Numbered from the stretch's first letter, positions 1-16,551 are shown. The stretch is DNA of 64,000 nt from Auanema rhodensis (GCA_964057225.1 OZ059895.1:13578001-13642000), one strand, 5' to 3'. Numbers and translations are program-made. The notes: generated by a model not told the origin, from the sequence alone.

Positions 1-1399
1 TTTAAATGAAGTTTGTACTGATATCATTCATCTACATACACGCAGATTAGATCATTATCGTGGAAATTATGACACCTTTGAGAAGGTAAGTTTGTGTTTT
101 AATGCCTTTTTTGTAAGATATTTCAGACCATGAGAGAAAAGCTGACTCAACAACATCGTGAGTACGAAGCTCAACAGCAATTACGCCAGCATACACAGGT
201 TACTGCATTAATATTTTGAAAATAATTCTCTTAATTAAGGAGTTCATTGACAAATTCCGTTACAATGCCAAAAGGGCGGCAATGGTACAAAGTAGAATTA
301 AAATGCTCGAAAAATTGTATGTTATCCACATTATTGTGATTGAGAATTGTTTTGATTTAGGCCTGTTTTGCTGCCTGTCGAGATGGAAGCTGATATAAAC
401 TTCCGTTTTCCTGAATGCGAACTTCTAAACAATCCGGTCTTGACCTTTGATGACTTGTCTTTTAGGTTTTTATAATTAGCAGGCTTGATCAGTAGCGTAT
501 AATTATATTTTAGATATAATGAAGATTCTCCTTACCTTTTCCGAAAATTGAACTTGGGTACACATTGCAGTTCTAGAATTTGCATTGTATGTTTTACAAT
601 TTTCTGTATTTATCAAACAGCAACTTTATTTAGGTTGGAGAAAATGGAGCTGGTAAAACAACTCTTTTGAAATTACTTTTGGGAGATTTGGAGCCTTCAC
701 AAGGATTAAGGAACATTAATCGCAGGTAATTATTAATATATTTGATAAAAAATAATGGATTCACATAGAATACGAATTGGGTACTTCACCCAGCATCATG
801 TTGATCAACTTGATATGGAAATGACTGCTCTAGAAGTACTGGCCAAGAACCACCCAGGTCTTTTTTATATTTTAGACATATTGAATAGTTTATTTAGGTA
901 AATCTCAAGAAGATTACAGAGCAGCCCTGGGAAGATTCGGTTTACTGGGAGATATGGCTCTTCAATCGGTTTACACTTTGTCTGGAGGACAAAAGTCCAG
1001 ATTAGCATTTGCTAATTTAGCAATGGGAAAGTAAATTCTTCTGAATTTAAAAATTTCACTAAAAATGTACTATTTCAGCCCCAATTATTTGGTTATGGAC
1101 GAACCTACTAATCACTTAGATGTTGAAACAGTAGCCGCGTTAGGAAATGCGCTCAATAAATTTAATGTACGATTTCGTCAAAAAGCTTTTTATTATTTTA
1201 TTTAGGGAGGAGTTGTTCTTGTTTCCCACGATGAACAACTAATTGAAATGGTATGTAAAGAACTGTGGGTTGTAAAAGATAGAATGGTTTCTAATCTGGA
1301 AGGTGGATTGGAGGAGTATCGGAAACAGGTATCAATATGTTAATTAAGAAGTTGTATGCTTTTTTATAGGTTTACAAGCAGCTTCAACTTATTGCATGA
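1..1399 (+). CDS. abcf-3: ABC-F family ATPase (ABCF3/GCN20 ortholog), 3' part; gene starts upstream of the window
   Basis: Spliced translation gives [26 protein letters not shown], Walker [14 protein letters not shown], signature [12 protein letters not shown], Walker [13 protein letters not shown] and H-loop VLVSHD. Stop TGA at 1397-1399. All introns GT-AG. Confidence 0.93.
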
Positions 1400-1753
1400 G
1401 ATATATCTGATTTTTTCAAAGTAAAACTGAAAAAGTTTCATATAAAGTTTTGTTATTTTTGTTCACTAATTTTTATACATATACATATATATATATATAT
1501 ATTCACATATATACAGTAACCTTGAAAACAAAGGAACAATTAACAAATAGATATTTCTAAATTTGTCCACATATTGAGCTGAAGTAATACGAAAGAGATC
1601 GTTAGTTATCGATGACTTACATTTCAGCGCCTGTGAAACCAAAGCCGTGCATAGCTTAATCTAGACAAAGATAGATCTAAGAGAGTTAACAATTATTTCT
1701 AATCTAACGTAAAACTAAATTTCCTGCAAATACCAAGATTGAGAAAAATGTTG

Positions 1754-2983
1754 CTAGACAATTAGCAGAAGAACAAGAGTTATATCATCAGGTTTACCGC
1801 CAGGTGCAAGCAAACCATTTTCCCTAGCCTTGATAGCAAATGGAGAATTATGATTTGAATCGAATGCCAATCTTCTTGCAGTCAATGCCAAGGCGTTGCA
1901 AGCCTAAATAGGTAATTTACAATCGCGATTGCTTCGGCTCAAACCTCCTGAACAGTAGCTCTTTGTTCGGTAAGCGGTTTTAGCTGATCTAATACGTGCT
2001 TTTCGGTTAAATTATCCCACAACCCATCAGTGGCAAGCACAATTATATCTCCTCTACGAACAGATATTTCTTTTTTATCGGCAAGATCAGGTGTATCACC
2101 AATAAATCCGCGAAAACCTTAAGATAGAATATAGAGAAGCAAAGTGAATGCACACAAACCTTCCGGTGGGAGCGTTAATTGAAAAGGCGCATTAAAATAA
2201 TGAACTTGCTCCGTGCTTTTTGTTAATACTTTTCCATCGCGAACAACCATAAATCCAGAATCCCCAAGATTTGCAGAGTATAATTTTTCTTGATGAACAA
2301 TTAATAGACAAGCAGTAGAAGAACCTAAACATCTTATGAATAATAGCTATGTTTGATTAGCCCACCAACGGGTCGGGGAGATTCAGCAGTAGCTTTGAAT
2401 GCATCAGCAAGAATATCTTCCGGACATTGTGGATCAAAATCTCCTTTCAAAACTCTTTCTTCACACTGTTTCATTAATTTGTTACTGAATTCAGAAGGAT
2501 CAATTCCATACTTCCGCCAACCACCAACACCGTCCGCAACGCCTTAACAATTTTTTGTAACTGTGAAAAACAACCTTTTTAAGACTTACCAACTACGAAT
2601 GTATTTTTAAATTTTGATATAAAACAAGCATCATCTCCGAATACACCCGTATCGAGAACATTTGATGTTCCTTTAACCATGTTCTAAAAGATTAAACTTT
2701 AAAAAAATCTATAACTAAGAAACTAACCTTAGGAAATCCAGCACAACTAGCAACGACATGAGTGACAGATTGTGATTGCTGTACATTTTCATTTTTCGAA
2801 CAAGTAGTGCTCAAAGATTTTTGGGCAATAGGTACAATATCTGCATAGTATCCTCCTAAAAATTGATAAGATATATTTATAGTTTAGATTAAGTATTTAA
2901 AGACCAATATCAAGTGCTGATGCGGAGAAGGCGGCACGCAAAGCAAGTTGCCCACATGTTAGCAAACGCACTGCTCTAACCAT
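1754..2983 (-). CDS. PPTC7: PP2C-family phosphatase PTC7 homolog (PPTC7), probably mitochondrial
   Basis: Motifs [58 protein letters not shown] and [11 protein letters not shown]. Basic/hydrophobic N-terminus [20 protein letters not shown] resembles a presequence. Confidence 0.92.
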
Positions 2984-4743
2984 TTGATCATGGATTCTAA
3001 AAGACACATTTCATATAAATTTAAAAAAAAAATCAAAACAGTTCACGCGTGAGAAACAGCAATTAAGCAATGGCTTTACCATGAAAAACATACGTTAAGG
3101 CAGAGAGAGAACCAATCGATATCTCCTCTTTCCGTCACATCACCGCGCGCGGCATTCGCGAGCGACGTCTCTCGATCAGACAAAGAACATTCATGAAAGC
3201 ATTAGTTTTATCTACAATTTGTATATGAATATATTGCTGTTGAATTTTTTCGAGTTATGATTACGAATTTTCTTTTTGTTGTAAATGAGAGTACCAAGTT
3301 TATTTATTTTTTTTATTTATTGTCTCATTAGAGTTTTATGATAATATTAAATCCTAGCATAATTATTTTCTCATTATGTTGTACTCAATAATTATTAACG
3401 ATTCAAAAAATTATAACATATTTTTAAAATTGCGAATTATAAACTTTGATCCGTTCAAGAAATGTGCAATTTTGTTTGATTTTTAGAATAAAAAATGAAT
3501 TGTTTCAATTTTATAATTACTATTCTATTGTTCTTTTGAATTACAAGTTTTTTTTATAGTATTGCGCTCAAAAACTTGGAAGTTCTTTTACCAATGTATA
3601 TGCCTGCAATCATTTATATGAAAATCGGTTATTGAAAACACAAAAAAAAAGAAAGCAATACAGCAAATAGTCAAGTTGAAGTTTATTGCGTTTCAACAGT
3701 AGATGCAAATCGGTTCTTCGAGAATAGGCAATATCATATCTTTTCTTGTTATAAATAGAAATAATTTCAAATTCAAGCTTAAGACTGTACTACTATAGTT
3801 CAAACGATTTGGTACTTGAAAATTCACATTTTTTAAATGCTAGGCAGACTGTGCGATTTTTTTTAACCTGCTATGCCGAGAATGCGCTAGTCCCAAATAA
3901 GAAAAAGTGTTATATTATAAGTTTCATAATATAATACGAAGAGTTAGTTAAGCCTAGAAAAACACTATTCGTTCAAATGAAGAAGAAAAACAGTAATTCT
4001 TAAAACTCAATTTAAGCTTGCTGAAAAGGACAGGGTAGGACCGATTAACCAGCAAAACATTATAATATAAATTTTGTATACTTGTGCACGGAAACAAAAA
4101 ATTCAAAAGTTTTCTTTGAAAGAGTTTTATAAAATCCGAGCAGATTACTTTATAGATTGAAAGTGATGTTGCGTCGAGTTATATCAATGATATCGAATAA
4201 TTGCGAAACTATTATCAATATGATAGTTTCGTGCTGCAATGCGAATATCTGCACAATATTCGCTTTTTTACTCAAGTATACTCATATAAAGATTGGTACG
4301 CAACTTTACGTTTTTTCCCTCCTTTAGCTCATACAAGATTTTACTAATAGTTTTTCCTGTGATACATCATCACAACTTTGAAAAGTTTTTTTATTGAAAA
4401 TTGTTTAATATGGACGCCGAACACAATCTGATGAATTTGAGTAAATTCTGTATACAAATGCTTTTTGAACTAAAACTTGTAATTGTTTTTTTTATATCTT
4501 AAGAAATTGTGATGTCAAACATTCTCAAAATGTTAAAGAATTGATGGATCAACAAAGTTTTGAAGTTTTCAGCAAAATTACGCACTCAAAAATATAAATT
4601 TACGTAAAGAATAATTTATCAGAATTAAACTTTCATAGCTTGTTAATCGCACTATATTCATATTCATTTTTCTGTCTAATGATGCCGCATTTTTGCTAAT
4701 TTTAATTAGTGTTTTTATCAGATTTATTATCAAAATATAGGCA

Positions 4744-5808
4744 ATGGTAGAAATTCGCGAAGAATCGAATGATGCAAGTGAAACTACTCATACCCCCGCT
4801 CCGGAGACGCAGTCCTCTAATACTATGTCCATATCAGTTGGTTCCTCATTTTATTCCAATTAAAAATCATTTTTCAGCAATACGTTTCTCAAAATAACAT
4901 TGAGTGCTTATTGAATGGCGCTCGCTTGCTCACAGTATTTTTCGCATGCTGCTATACTGTTCCTTTTTTGTCTTTAGTAACTCCTGAATCTGGTTATTAT
5001 AAAGCTTTTGCAGCAGGTTAGATCAATAAAAATTAAAACTATATATTGTAGTTTCGACATCTTATAGGTGCTGCAACGAGTGCTATACGTTTACATCAAA
5101 GAGTTGGACGATTTCCTTTAAGTCGTCAAATATTTACAACTCTTATTACTGAGGTTTTATACATTTTCTTTCTGTAGTAACTATATAATTTTAGGATAGC
5201 TGTCATTACTTGTTTTATTCTATAGTGTTTCTAACTTCTTCTCCGATAACGATGGCTTTGCTACCTATTGTTTTATACGCTGCTCTTAATTTTGCTAATT
5301 TTTTGGTCAGTTTTATTTTTGTATTTTCTATAGCTTTGTTATCACATATATCCCTTGATTTAGGTGAAATTTTTAAACAACATTGGAAAAGGGCAAATTA
5401 CAATCACATTGAAATTAAAAAGCTTTGTTGAATCTCAGACGGCAAATATTCTTGGCATAATTGCATGTGGAGAGATATTTTTGATTCCCTTACTGATATC
5501 AGTTATATTCGTGTATGTAGCGTTCACAAATTATTGTAGTTCATTACTCACTTTTAGGGGAAAAGGGTCGCTGTTACTGCCTTTCGTGTACTACAGGTTT
5601 TTAACCTTGCGATATTCTTCTCGTCGGAATCCTTATACCAGGTTTGCAGAAAAGCCAATAAATTTCACAAATGAATTTTAGACTAGCGTTCTACCAGATG
5701 AGGGAGTCACTTGTTCAAATAGCTCACTCTCCTAACTGTCCAAGTATTGTTCGAACACTTATCAATACTAGTATTGGTCTAATATCTCGAATGGCTCCTG
5801 TTGTATGA
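4744..5808 (+). CDS. TMEM33: TMEM33/Pom33 (Kr-h2) ER/nuclear envelope membrane protein
   Basis: Motifs GAATSAIRLHQR, EDSCHYLFYS and LLPFVYYRFLTLRYSSRRNPYTR. Six GT-AG introns. ATG 4744, TGA 5806-5808. Confidence 0.9.
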
Positions 5809-5899
5809 ATGCTATTGTTTCATGAAAATAATAAAAACAATTCATTAACAAAAACAACGACAACATAACAACTTTCAAAAGTAAATATTTGAAAAAAAA

Positions 5900-7651
5900 T
5901 TAAATATTAACAGTCTGGAAAACATTAAAACCGTGGATACAGGTATTGATTGCCAGACTAGGGATTTGAGGATGCCAATGAACTTCTTTAACTTCACTCT
6001 GACCCAGATGAAGGAACATGAGCTGTGGTGGAACACCTTCAATTTTTTCTGAGCCATCTACTTCAGTTGCAATATCCCAGATAGAGGTTTGATCATCTTC
6101 TGCAGAAGCCATAAATGTAGTAGATTCCTAAAAAAAATATAGTTAATATTAAAACGTATTAAGCAAGCATACTGTAGGATGCCATTCGACTGAGGTAATG
6201 GGCTTACTATGATACTTGAATCTGGCAACAGGTTCTCCGTACTATAACAAATGAACTATGCAGACTTATATGTATATATATATAAACCTGAATATTTTTG
6301 AGAGACCAAACTTTAAGTTCCGCATCATCTCCACCGGACACGAGTAAAGAATCATGTCTATTCCATGAAATTACATTCACATCAGAGTTATGAGCCTAAA
6401 TAAATTCATAGTTCGATAAATTAAAAATTTTTTACATTTTCGACAGTGCAAATACACGCGCTGGCTGGGGGTGATCTGGAATCCCATAACTTTATTGTCT
6501 GATCCGATGAGCAGGATGCGATCAACCCCTGTTCGGATGGGGACCATGCTATATCCTCTACCGATTCTAAATAAAACCAATGAAGCTTTTTTCATACTAT
6601 ATAATAACTTTTATGTCCAGTTAATGGCTTTTGATCGATAGCCCAAGTTCCTCCTTCCTGCATATGCCAAACATAAATATTTCTAACAACATCTCCACTA
6701 GCTAGATCTCCCTATAAAATAATAAATAACCACAAAAATTTGTCAAAAAAAATACCTTCTTGGTGGGGCACCAATCGAGAGCAAAACCTTCTTTCTTACT
6801 TCCATGGAAAGTAAATAATGGCTTTTGCTAAAAAAATAACTTTAAAACTTTAAGGCAGTTTTATAATCACATTTGACAGCTTTTCGGTTCTAGTAGCTCC
6901 TGTCATCGATGCAGAAAGGTTTAGTGCGTCCGTTATATTCCATAATTGAACTTTCCCATGTCCATTCCAGACAGCACACACGGAACTATTTCCAAGGCGC
7001 TCCAGCTTTAGTAAAAGAGTTTAGGGAATGCAATATTTTTCACAAACCTTAATCCTATTTGTGCATCCTAGGTTAGGAATTATAACCGAATGCAACTTTG
7101 GATCTTTCTTAGCTTCATTTTCTTCATCTTTATCATCATCATCATCATCACTATTTTCATCATCCTCATCCTAAATAACATAATGTAATTAAAATACCTT
7201 TCTAGTTAATACCTCGTGTAAACCAGTTAAATTTTTTAAACCAAGAACAACGATTTCATTGTCTTTAGACTTATCAGCTTGACTACCGGCAACAAAGTAG
7301 CATTCTAATGGAAATTCCGTTCTATTTTCTCCAAGACCATCTTCAACAATATCGAAAGAAAGGCAAGGCCAAGCTGAAAACAAAAAAAAATTCAGCTTAA
7401 CTTTTCGCATCTTACTTGTATTAAATGAATGAAAAAGTTTATATGCTTCTGGGTCAAAATCAAGTTGTTCACCTTCTTCTAAAGGGCGGCTGACTCCCGG
7501 AATATAAACCTAATTAAAAGACAATTTCACAATTACAACATTTTTTTAAAACCTTTTTTTCTTTTTCTTGTTGTTCAGTGTCTTCATCTTCCATGACCTC
7601 ATCCTCTTCCATATCAACATCATGAGCAGGATATTCTTGGGAATCACTCAT
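5900..7651 (-). CDS. GRWD1: GRWD1/Rrb1 glutamate-rich WD40 ribosome biogenesis factor
   Basis: [21 protein letters not shown], acidic tract, WD repeats (ITSVEWHP) and C-terminal [26 protein letters not shown]. Confidence 0.92.
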
Positions 7652-7879
7652 CTACAAAAACGGATATGTAAAAAAAACTTATATCATTTAAAATAATTAA
7701 TCATTGAAGAATTGATGCTAAAACTACGAACAAATATTTTAAAACGATATATACGCCACACTCCATGTAAAAACAGTGCAATTTTGAATTTCTTTGTAAG
7801 ATCTATTCTTTTGCACACCCTTGTTCGTTTTGATGAATAAAGTTTTGTTTTAAATGTTTTGTGTTTTTTAGATAATTCA

Positions 7880-9527
<1,648 letters not shown>

Positions 9528-9614
9528 TCATTTTCTGGTGTACTATTAAAGTAAATCTTATTAACTCAATTTTTTCTTGGTTATATATTTATTCAAAGAC
9601 GTAAAATATGTTTT

Positions 9615-11542
9615 TTATTTGGTGTTACTTTGAAGTTTATCTTCTATCAGGTTTGCTTGACGTTTATATTCCTGAAACAGGTATAAAAAAAATATTTAAA
9701 GAAAATGTGTTACTTCGCCATTCGGATGATTCATCGCAACTTCTTCCAATTTTTTAAGCATCGTGATTGCAACACTATCTTCTTTGGAAGCGTGCGCGAA
9801 CAGTGCGAAGTTCAGTAACTACAAAGGGATATATATTACAATCATTTCGTATTCAAGTTATTTAACTGTTTGAGGCTGACTGTCAATAGTTAGAGCTCGA
9901 ATGTAAGCTCTTCTCGCATTTCTAGCATCTTTCATAGCAGCCAAGGCGACTGAAATATTGTCAACGTAGCAAGGAATTATGTATTATATAATACCGGCAT
10001 ATGCACCGATGAGTTGGGCATTTTCTTTGTTTAGATCTAAGGCTGCTTTCAAAAAATGGTGAGCTGAAGCGTTCAAATCCATGGCTAAATGAACGAGGCC
10101 TAAGTTGTAATTTATCCTTAATATTGTTCAAATTCATTTGTTTTGATAATGAAGTTTTAAGCATACTTATAGTTTAATGGGCACATGTATGCTGCTTTTT
10201 TTAAACACGAATGTGATGCTGCTAATTTTCCTCTAGCGAAGAGACACACAGCTATGTTATTCCATAGGAAACCATTATAATCACAAATTTGAGCGGCTAC
10301 CCTGTGCGCATTTTTTTAAAAATCTAATACTTTACTACTATATTACCTATACTTATTAAGAGCCACATCGTGATCGCCATATCTTTGCATTACTGATCCG
10401 ATACCAAGTATACACTAAATGACTCATATTAGTTCAACAGAAAAGTGAAGTAATAACATGAGGATTTGTTGGATTGTATGTAAGTGCCCTTCCAAATACT
10501 GAGAATGCTGGATCATCAGACCTATTCTTCAAGTGTAGAATTCCAAGTTGAAGCATTATCTTTTCATTTTCTGGTTCAAGCTATAAAACATACAGTGTTT
10601 AGACAATAATATCCCAATATACCTCTAGAGCTCTGTTATATGCCTGTATTGCTGTACTATAATCCCCTAATTTTGCTTGCAAATATCCCAAGAATTCAAC
10701 AAGATGTGAATGGTTCGTCAAAATTGGTGCCTAGAGAATGTATTTTCCTATTATTACACTTATACTTACCTGGCATAACAAATCACGCGCCTTCTCTAAT
10801 GGATGAAAAAGTTCTGTGTCCAATTTTGAAATTGAGTTTGCGAGCCAGTAATATGCTCCCTAGAAAATATGTTAAATGTCTTTGGTTCACTTTCATCTTA
10901 CAGAGTCTTTCGGATTCTCTTTAACAGCCTTTTCTAAGTGTTCTATAGCTGATTTATGTTTACCGAGAAGAAAATATACCCTTCCTATTTCCTTTAAGTA
11001 TCTGAAAAGAGATAAGATAAGTTTTTAACTCAATAAGTTCAAAACTGTGGATCTTGTCCAGATATATCAAATGCTTTTTCAAACCACTGTAAAGCATTAT
11101 CAAGGTCTCCTTCGATACGAGCTATTAGTCCGCCCAAAAACAAGGCATATTCGCAGCGGCCATTGTATTTATTCAAAAGATCCTACCATAAAACAATTAT
11201 TTAAGCTTAATATAGTTATAAACTTACATTTATCAAAACTTTGCAATCTTCATACTGTCGTTGATTGAAAAGAATATGAAGCAGAGCATTTGAACTCTCA
11301 TAACAAGACAGCTCAAATCGAGCCTAAAACGAAAAGTGTACCACTATAGAAAATTTCAAAAAAATTACTTTTGGTTTCGAAGAAACAACTTTAGCCTGAC
11401 CTGAAGTTATTATTGTTTCAGCAATTCCTTCTTCTTCCTAGATTCAAGACATTGTTATATATGTTTAGTACTAAGGGGTATGAGAAAAAAACTTACAAAC
11501 CTTAATTTCGCTTTCATGAAGATTAAGCGATTTGGTTTCCAT
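9615..11542 (-). CDS. bbs-4: Bardet-Biedl syndrome 4 protein (BBSome TPR subunit)
   Basis: TPR repeats with BBS4-type motifs FGRALTYNP, GDHDVALNKYRVA, LWNNIAVC and CLKKAAYMCP. Last exon EYKRQANLIEDKLQSNTK*. An X-box lies just upstream. Confidence 0.88.
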
Positions 11543-11581
11543 TTAGTAATGTAGTAGAAACTATTGATTTTTAGCACTGTC

Positions 11582-11595
11582 GTCGCTATGACAAC
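11582..11595 (-). promoter_or_regulatory. X-box (RFX/DAF-19 site) upstream of bbs-4
   Basis: GTCGCTATGACAAC (reverse complement GTTGTCATAGCGAC) fits the 14-bp RYYNYY-WW-RRNRAC consensus, 40 bp upstream of a ciliary gene ATG. Confidence 0.85.
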
Positions 11596-14500
11596 GTATG
11601 AAAGCTTCTCTCTAAGCACTGATTATCACTATAATAACATATGTAAAATGCTGTATATCTATCATTTATCAGTTTTGATCTAAAATTCTTATATTTAATT
11701 TTATGGTTTAACACTAGTTATTTAAAGTCTTCGCTTTTTTCAACAGTTTCTTATTCAAAAATTATTAGAATTGGTTTATGTAGATCAAATTGGATAACTT
11801 TATAAAAATTTAACAGTTTGATTTTTATTATTCCTTATTCATCGTATAGAACCCCTATATGATTTTTTTTCATATTTATGAAAAACTGGCCTCATGTACG
11901 CCATGTGTTCTACAGGACTATAATAGATCCAGAAAAGCCAGGTGAGCTGACCAAGCAGTCGACAGACGATTGCGTCATTAGATGACCAGAAGAATAAAGA
12001 TAGTTACAACAGCATAGATGAACTATTACAGATAAGACGTCACACAGCGTTTAATGTAAAAATAAAGAAAATTCACCATGGAAGTTGAACATGAAGAAAA
12101 CACAAATACAACTGATAATTAAACCAGACTCAATATTGACAATGTTTTTCTTTTTAAAAAAAAGTTCCCTTTCAATGAACATAAATAACCTTGAGCTGTC
12201 AATATTCTATTCTACGATGACTTTAAGATATCTGATCGACACAATTACAACTATATTCCGGTAAAGTCAAAAAGGAGCATTGATGAGAGAAACTATCTCG
12301 ATAATGAGGGCTCTTGAGTTTCAGGCTCCGCTAGTTGAGTTCAATTTCAGATATTATTATGTTTGGGGAATTTTAAGGCATATTGTGTGAATCGTCTCAA
12401 TGGGCCATTAATTATGCTTACTCATCTGTTAATTATATATAAAGCTACGATAATAGAAATGGCTTCAGCTTTTTTAGCAATTTCAATATGAACTGCGGTG
12501 AATCTACTAATTATTTACATAAACAAATACAAAGTATATTTATTTTTAATAATAAATAAATTATCCTGAAGCTTGATAAAAAAAACATTTGTTGGCATAT
12601 TCGATATTCGATTTCATTTTGAGATATTTTTTTTTTGATGATGAAAATCACTAGATAGAAAGAGTAAAAGAATAATATATGAAAACGTTTTCTGCTTTCT
12701 GTTACTGATTACTTTTCATTTCACGCTATTCAAGAAACAACTAGTATAGTACTGTAACTAAGCAAGATTAACGCTTTCGAGTCCAAACAAAAACAATTTA
12801 ACTGTAGATGAAGGATATGGTTATACCTCTCAGTTCCGTCAACAGGCAGCAAAAGCGCAAATAAATGAAGAAAATTCACAAGAGTTTTTCAAGTTTTATA
12901 TATTGCAATTTAAATCTTTTATAACAAGCAAATAATAAATTTAAATATACAGGGTTTTCTTTAATATTAATGTTTATATTAATTATTATATTATATGTAT
13001 TATACAGTGTTTATAGAACATTATATAGATATAAGTGTGTGCTGTATAAGTTCATAAGTGAAATAAAAAATATATTGTTGAATCTCTTTGACACATAAAA
13101 ACAAAAAGATAAATTCAAAAATTTTAAATCCTTTTTCCCCATCCCTCGTTTACTTATGTCTTCTTTTTTCTGAGTAGACGGGAAGACGTCAAGCGACGAA
13201 TAGACCGGAAACCTCTCCATCGAAACCTAGTCTTTTCTTTTCGTTTCTCTGATTCTCTCTTCTCCTCATTTGTCTATTTTCTATTTCAGATAATTGCAGT
13301 CTGCCGGCAAAAGCTCTACGGTTTCCGTCGACTCATGCAGACTTGAAGGTTCTAGTATGATTCACACACTCTGAATGCTATAAACAGAGTAGAGAGCCTT
13401 ATCCTTGAGCTGAAATTCACCTGATCAGGATAGAGATAAACAGTTTTCTAAAAACAATAGTGAATCCTATGTACTATGTTATCAAGCATATTTTCAATGT
13501 GTATTATCCATATTGATATACGTGATCTATATAAACACAATACGATCTTATTATCTTTATATAGTGTTGAGCTAGTATTTTTCTGAATACCCGTTTCTGA
13601 AATTTGAAGCAGGAATTTTTTCCTCATAAACCAGTGTAGTATAGCATATATACAAAACAAGGTATTTCCACCATTATTTGAAGTTTAATTTGTAAATTTA
13701 TGGAAATAAGAAAAGCCCCGTCTAATTAATAAACACAGAAAATTCAAATCACGAGCATCAGGATTTGTTAACATCTTAGACTATGACACCTGTTGTTGCT
13801 CTTATTTACTAGCAAAAAAAGACGAGCTTGACTCAGATTTTGCTCATAAACAGATGGTCATAGCATTGGGTAATACCGACAATCGGTCAGATCAAATAGA
13901 AGTTCCGTTTCAATTTCAGACCACTTACCCTTAGAATATTTTCTTTTGCAACAATAACATATATAGAATTCCGTTTTCTACTGAGCAAGTGCGACAAACA
14001 GGAAGCTTCACTCAGCTTACAACTGTCACTTGCTTCTAAGGTATTTAAACAAAGAACAAAAAATCTTCTTGGATATATATAAAGCAGTATCATGTTAAGG
14101 CATATCCCCTATAAAACGTGTTCTTGCCATCTGTATTTTCCGTTTGAGTGTAGAAATGGTGTTGAAAGGGCTACTGTGGTGGCCTTCTATAAAATGAAAG
14201 TCATAGAGGCTGGTAAGAGAGCACATTGTGAAAAATAGAGAATATATATAGAAGAGAAATATAATGAAAATCGATGAGAGCTTTATAGAAATAATGAAAA
14301 AGAAATGGAGGACAGAGACAGACTCCGGCACACCAACCGCCACAGCAATTATCCGGTCTCTCCACATCTTTTCTATCTTCCTGTCACTCCGTCGTTCCTC
14401 TTACTAAATTAGACGATGATTTGCAAAGGCCATAGGTTTTTAAAGACTTGTTGGTTTATCAGTTGAATTCAATTTCATATTTGTTCAAAACATTTATCAT

Positions 14501-16551
14501 CATATCATGAACATTTGGATATTTGAAGAAAAGAGTAGAAAAGCTGACATGTCCTATGCAAATGAACAGAAATTTTTAAAACGAACTAAAGATATTTTTA
14601 ACTATTGGAACATGATTATACGTTATCATTTTTATTTTTCAAAGTATTTAGAAAGTTTTCCTCTGTCTTGAAGAATGTTATCATGTAAATCTAAAATTTT
14701 GAAATATGTACATAAAAGAAAATATAATTTGCGATAGAAAAATTTTCGTAGGTAACTATTGAAATTCAAATAACTTTTGACTAAATATCTTACTGAGATA
14801 GAATGATTTCATCAAGTTTGATTATATTGAAATAAATATATTTTTTCCTAAAACATGAGAGAAGATTTCTGTTAGACCAAAAAAACAATGGCTGTATATA
14901 GTCTCTCTTAAATACAGAAGTTCATGAACTAAGTCAAGTACACATTATAAACTTATCTTCGGAAACAGATAAACAGAAAGCACGTATTTTCTTTTGGTCA
15001 ACAATTGTTCTTATTTGATGATCTTGTTGTTATTCATTACTGTACTAGTAACGCGAGCGGTGGAATTTTCGCAAATCGTTTTTCCTGCTTCCTTTTCCAC
15101 ATTCATCCTACCATATTTTCAGGATTTTGTGCCATCATTCCTCACTATTTGTTTTGGCGGATGTATTGCCGGGATAATAAATTTATTTTGCACATCTTCT
15201 AGTTCTATTCAGGTTGCTTTGTTCTAACAAGTTTGACTACTATATTCAAAATTTGGTGAAAATTTTTTTAACTGCGCACGTGCCTAATTCCCTTTGGCCT
15301 TTTTACTATACCCTTTACTTCCCTGAAGCATTTGAAACTCTGTCGGTGACTTGCTGCAAGCTCATGAAGTTATAACCCGCGGCATCCCATGGAGTTATAT
15401 CCTCGTAGCAAAGTGGCATACCCAAGCTTATCCTCTGGAGATATACCACATAAGAAAAAATTGCGGGTTAGTTTAATGCGGCAAATATGTTAGAAAGATA
15501 AGACTGTAATTACGAAATCAATAGCGTGACAATCTAAGAATATAAAATCTGAACATCAAACTGTTGTTTTATTCAATGGCTTATTTTCTTCACAGTTGAG
15601 TAGAAGATGTATTTTTCAATGTTCATACTTTTAGTGTGATTACTGTACTTGTATTGATCTGGGTGTCGACGGGGGAAAGGAAATACGGTATTGAAAATTT
15701 AAGTTTTCATATATTGATTAAACTAAAAACAACCACTAAAAGTCTTGGAACAGTTCATACAAAAGTAATTGAAAGGTCTACTAGGAGACCTGACGATATT
15801 CTTGTTTTATCCCTCTAATTACATATTGTTAACAATGAGCTAAACAGCGGGTGGCCACCGACCTGTCTCTTTGCCGTGCTGTTGAATCCGTTAGTTTTCT
15901 CAAAATCCATTCTTTTGAGAATAAGAGTAGATGAATTTATTTAGATTCATAGTTTTATAATTTATAAAATATATTACAAGCTTGAGTTCGTAAGAAGAAT
16001 TCACATAATATTGAATTTATGAAATATCTCGGTCGTAGTTTTCTAATATTTATTCGTTTTTCATGAAAGTGTCGAATAAATTGTGGAAAATAAATTTAAC
16101 AAATCTTTAAACTGAATCTTCATGAATATGATATAACCAAAGTTTATAAGAACAAATCTTAAGTTATGACTGAACAGTTTAAGATGAACAAAAAACAGAA
16201 TATTCAAGAAACATAGGATTTTCAGCTATTATTGACAACTGTTTGCCAAAGCATTTTAAAGTAATAGGCATATATTGGACTATGCCATTCCCAATGAAAA
16301 CTTATTTAATAAGATCCTCAATATAATTACAGAATATAAATTTGAAAATCTGTTGAAATAATGCTCTACAATTAATATTCAACTTTAGAGCATTTTTCAT
16401 TATATGTGAAGTACTCATCGCAGAGTCATTTAATGAAATACTCAAAAAGCAACAAATACGAATATTCACAGATTCATAGTGATACCAGATAGTTGTCTAT
16501 TTCCTTGAAATAGCTCCAAGTTTAACAGTAGTGTTTCCTATGTTTCTTCCA

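Noticed and set aside
11878-11985. 35-codon ORF MKNWPHVRH... with a splice-like GTGAG
   Set aside because: No consistent downstream exon and no recognisable product.
15373-15470. 8-bp inverted ends TAACCCGC/GCGGGTTA suggesting a MITE
   Set aside because: Too short, no target-site duplication and no second copy in the window.
13011-15818. Several 60-90 aa ORFs upstream of ceh-43
   Set aside because: F/I/L/Y-rich chance ORFs of AT-rich DNA, with no coherent exon chain or motifs.
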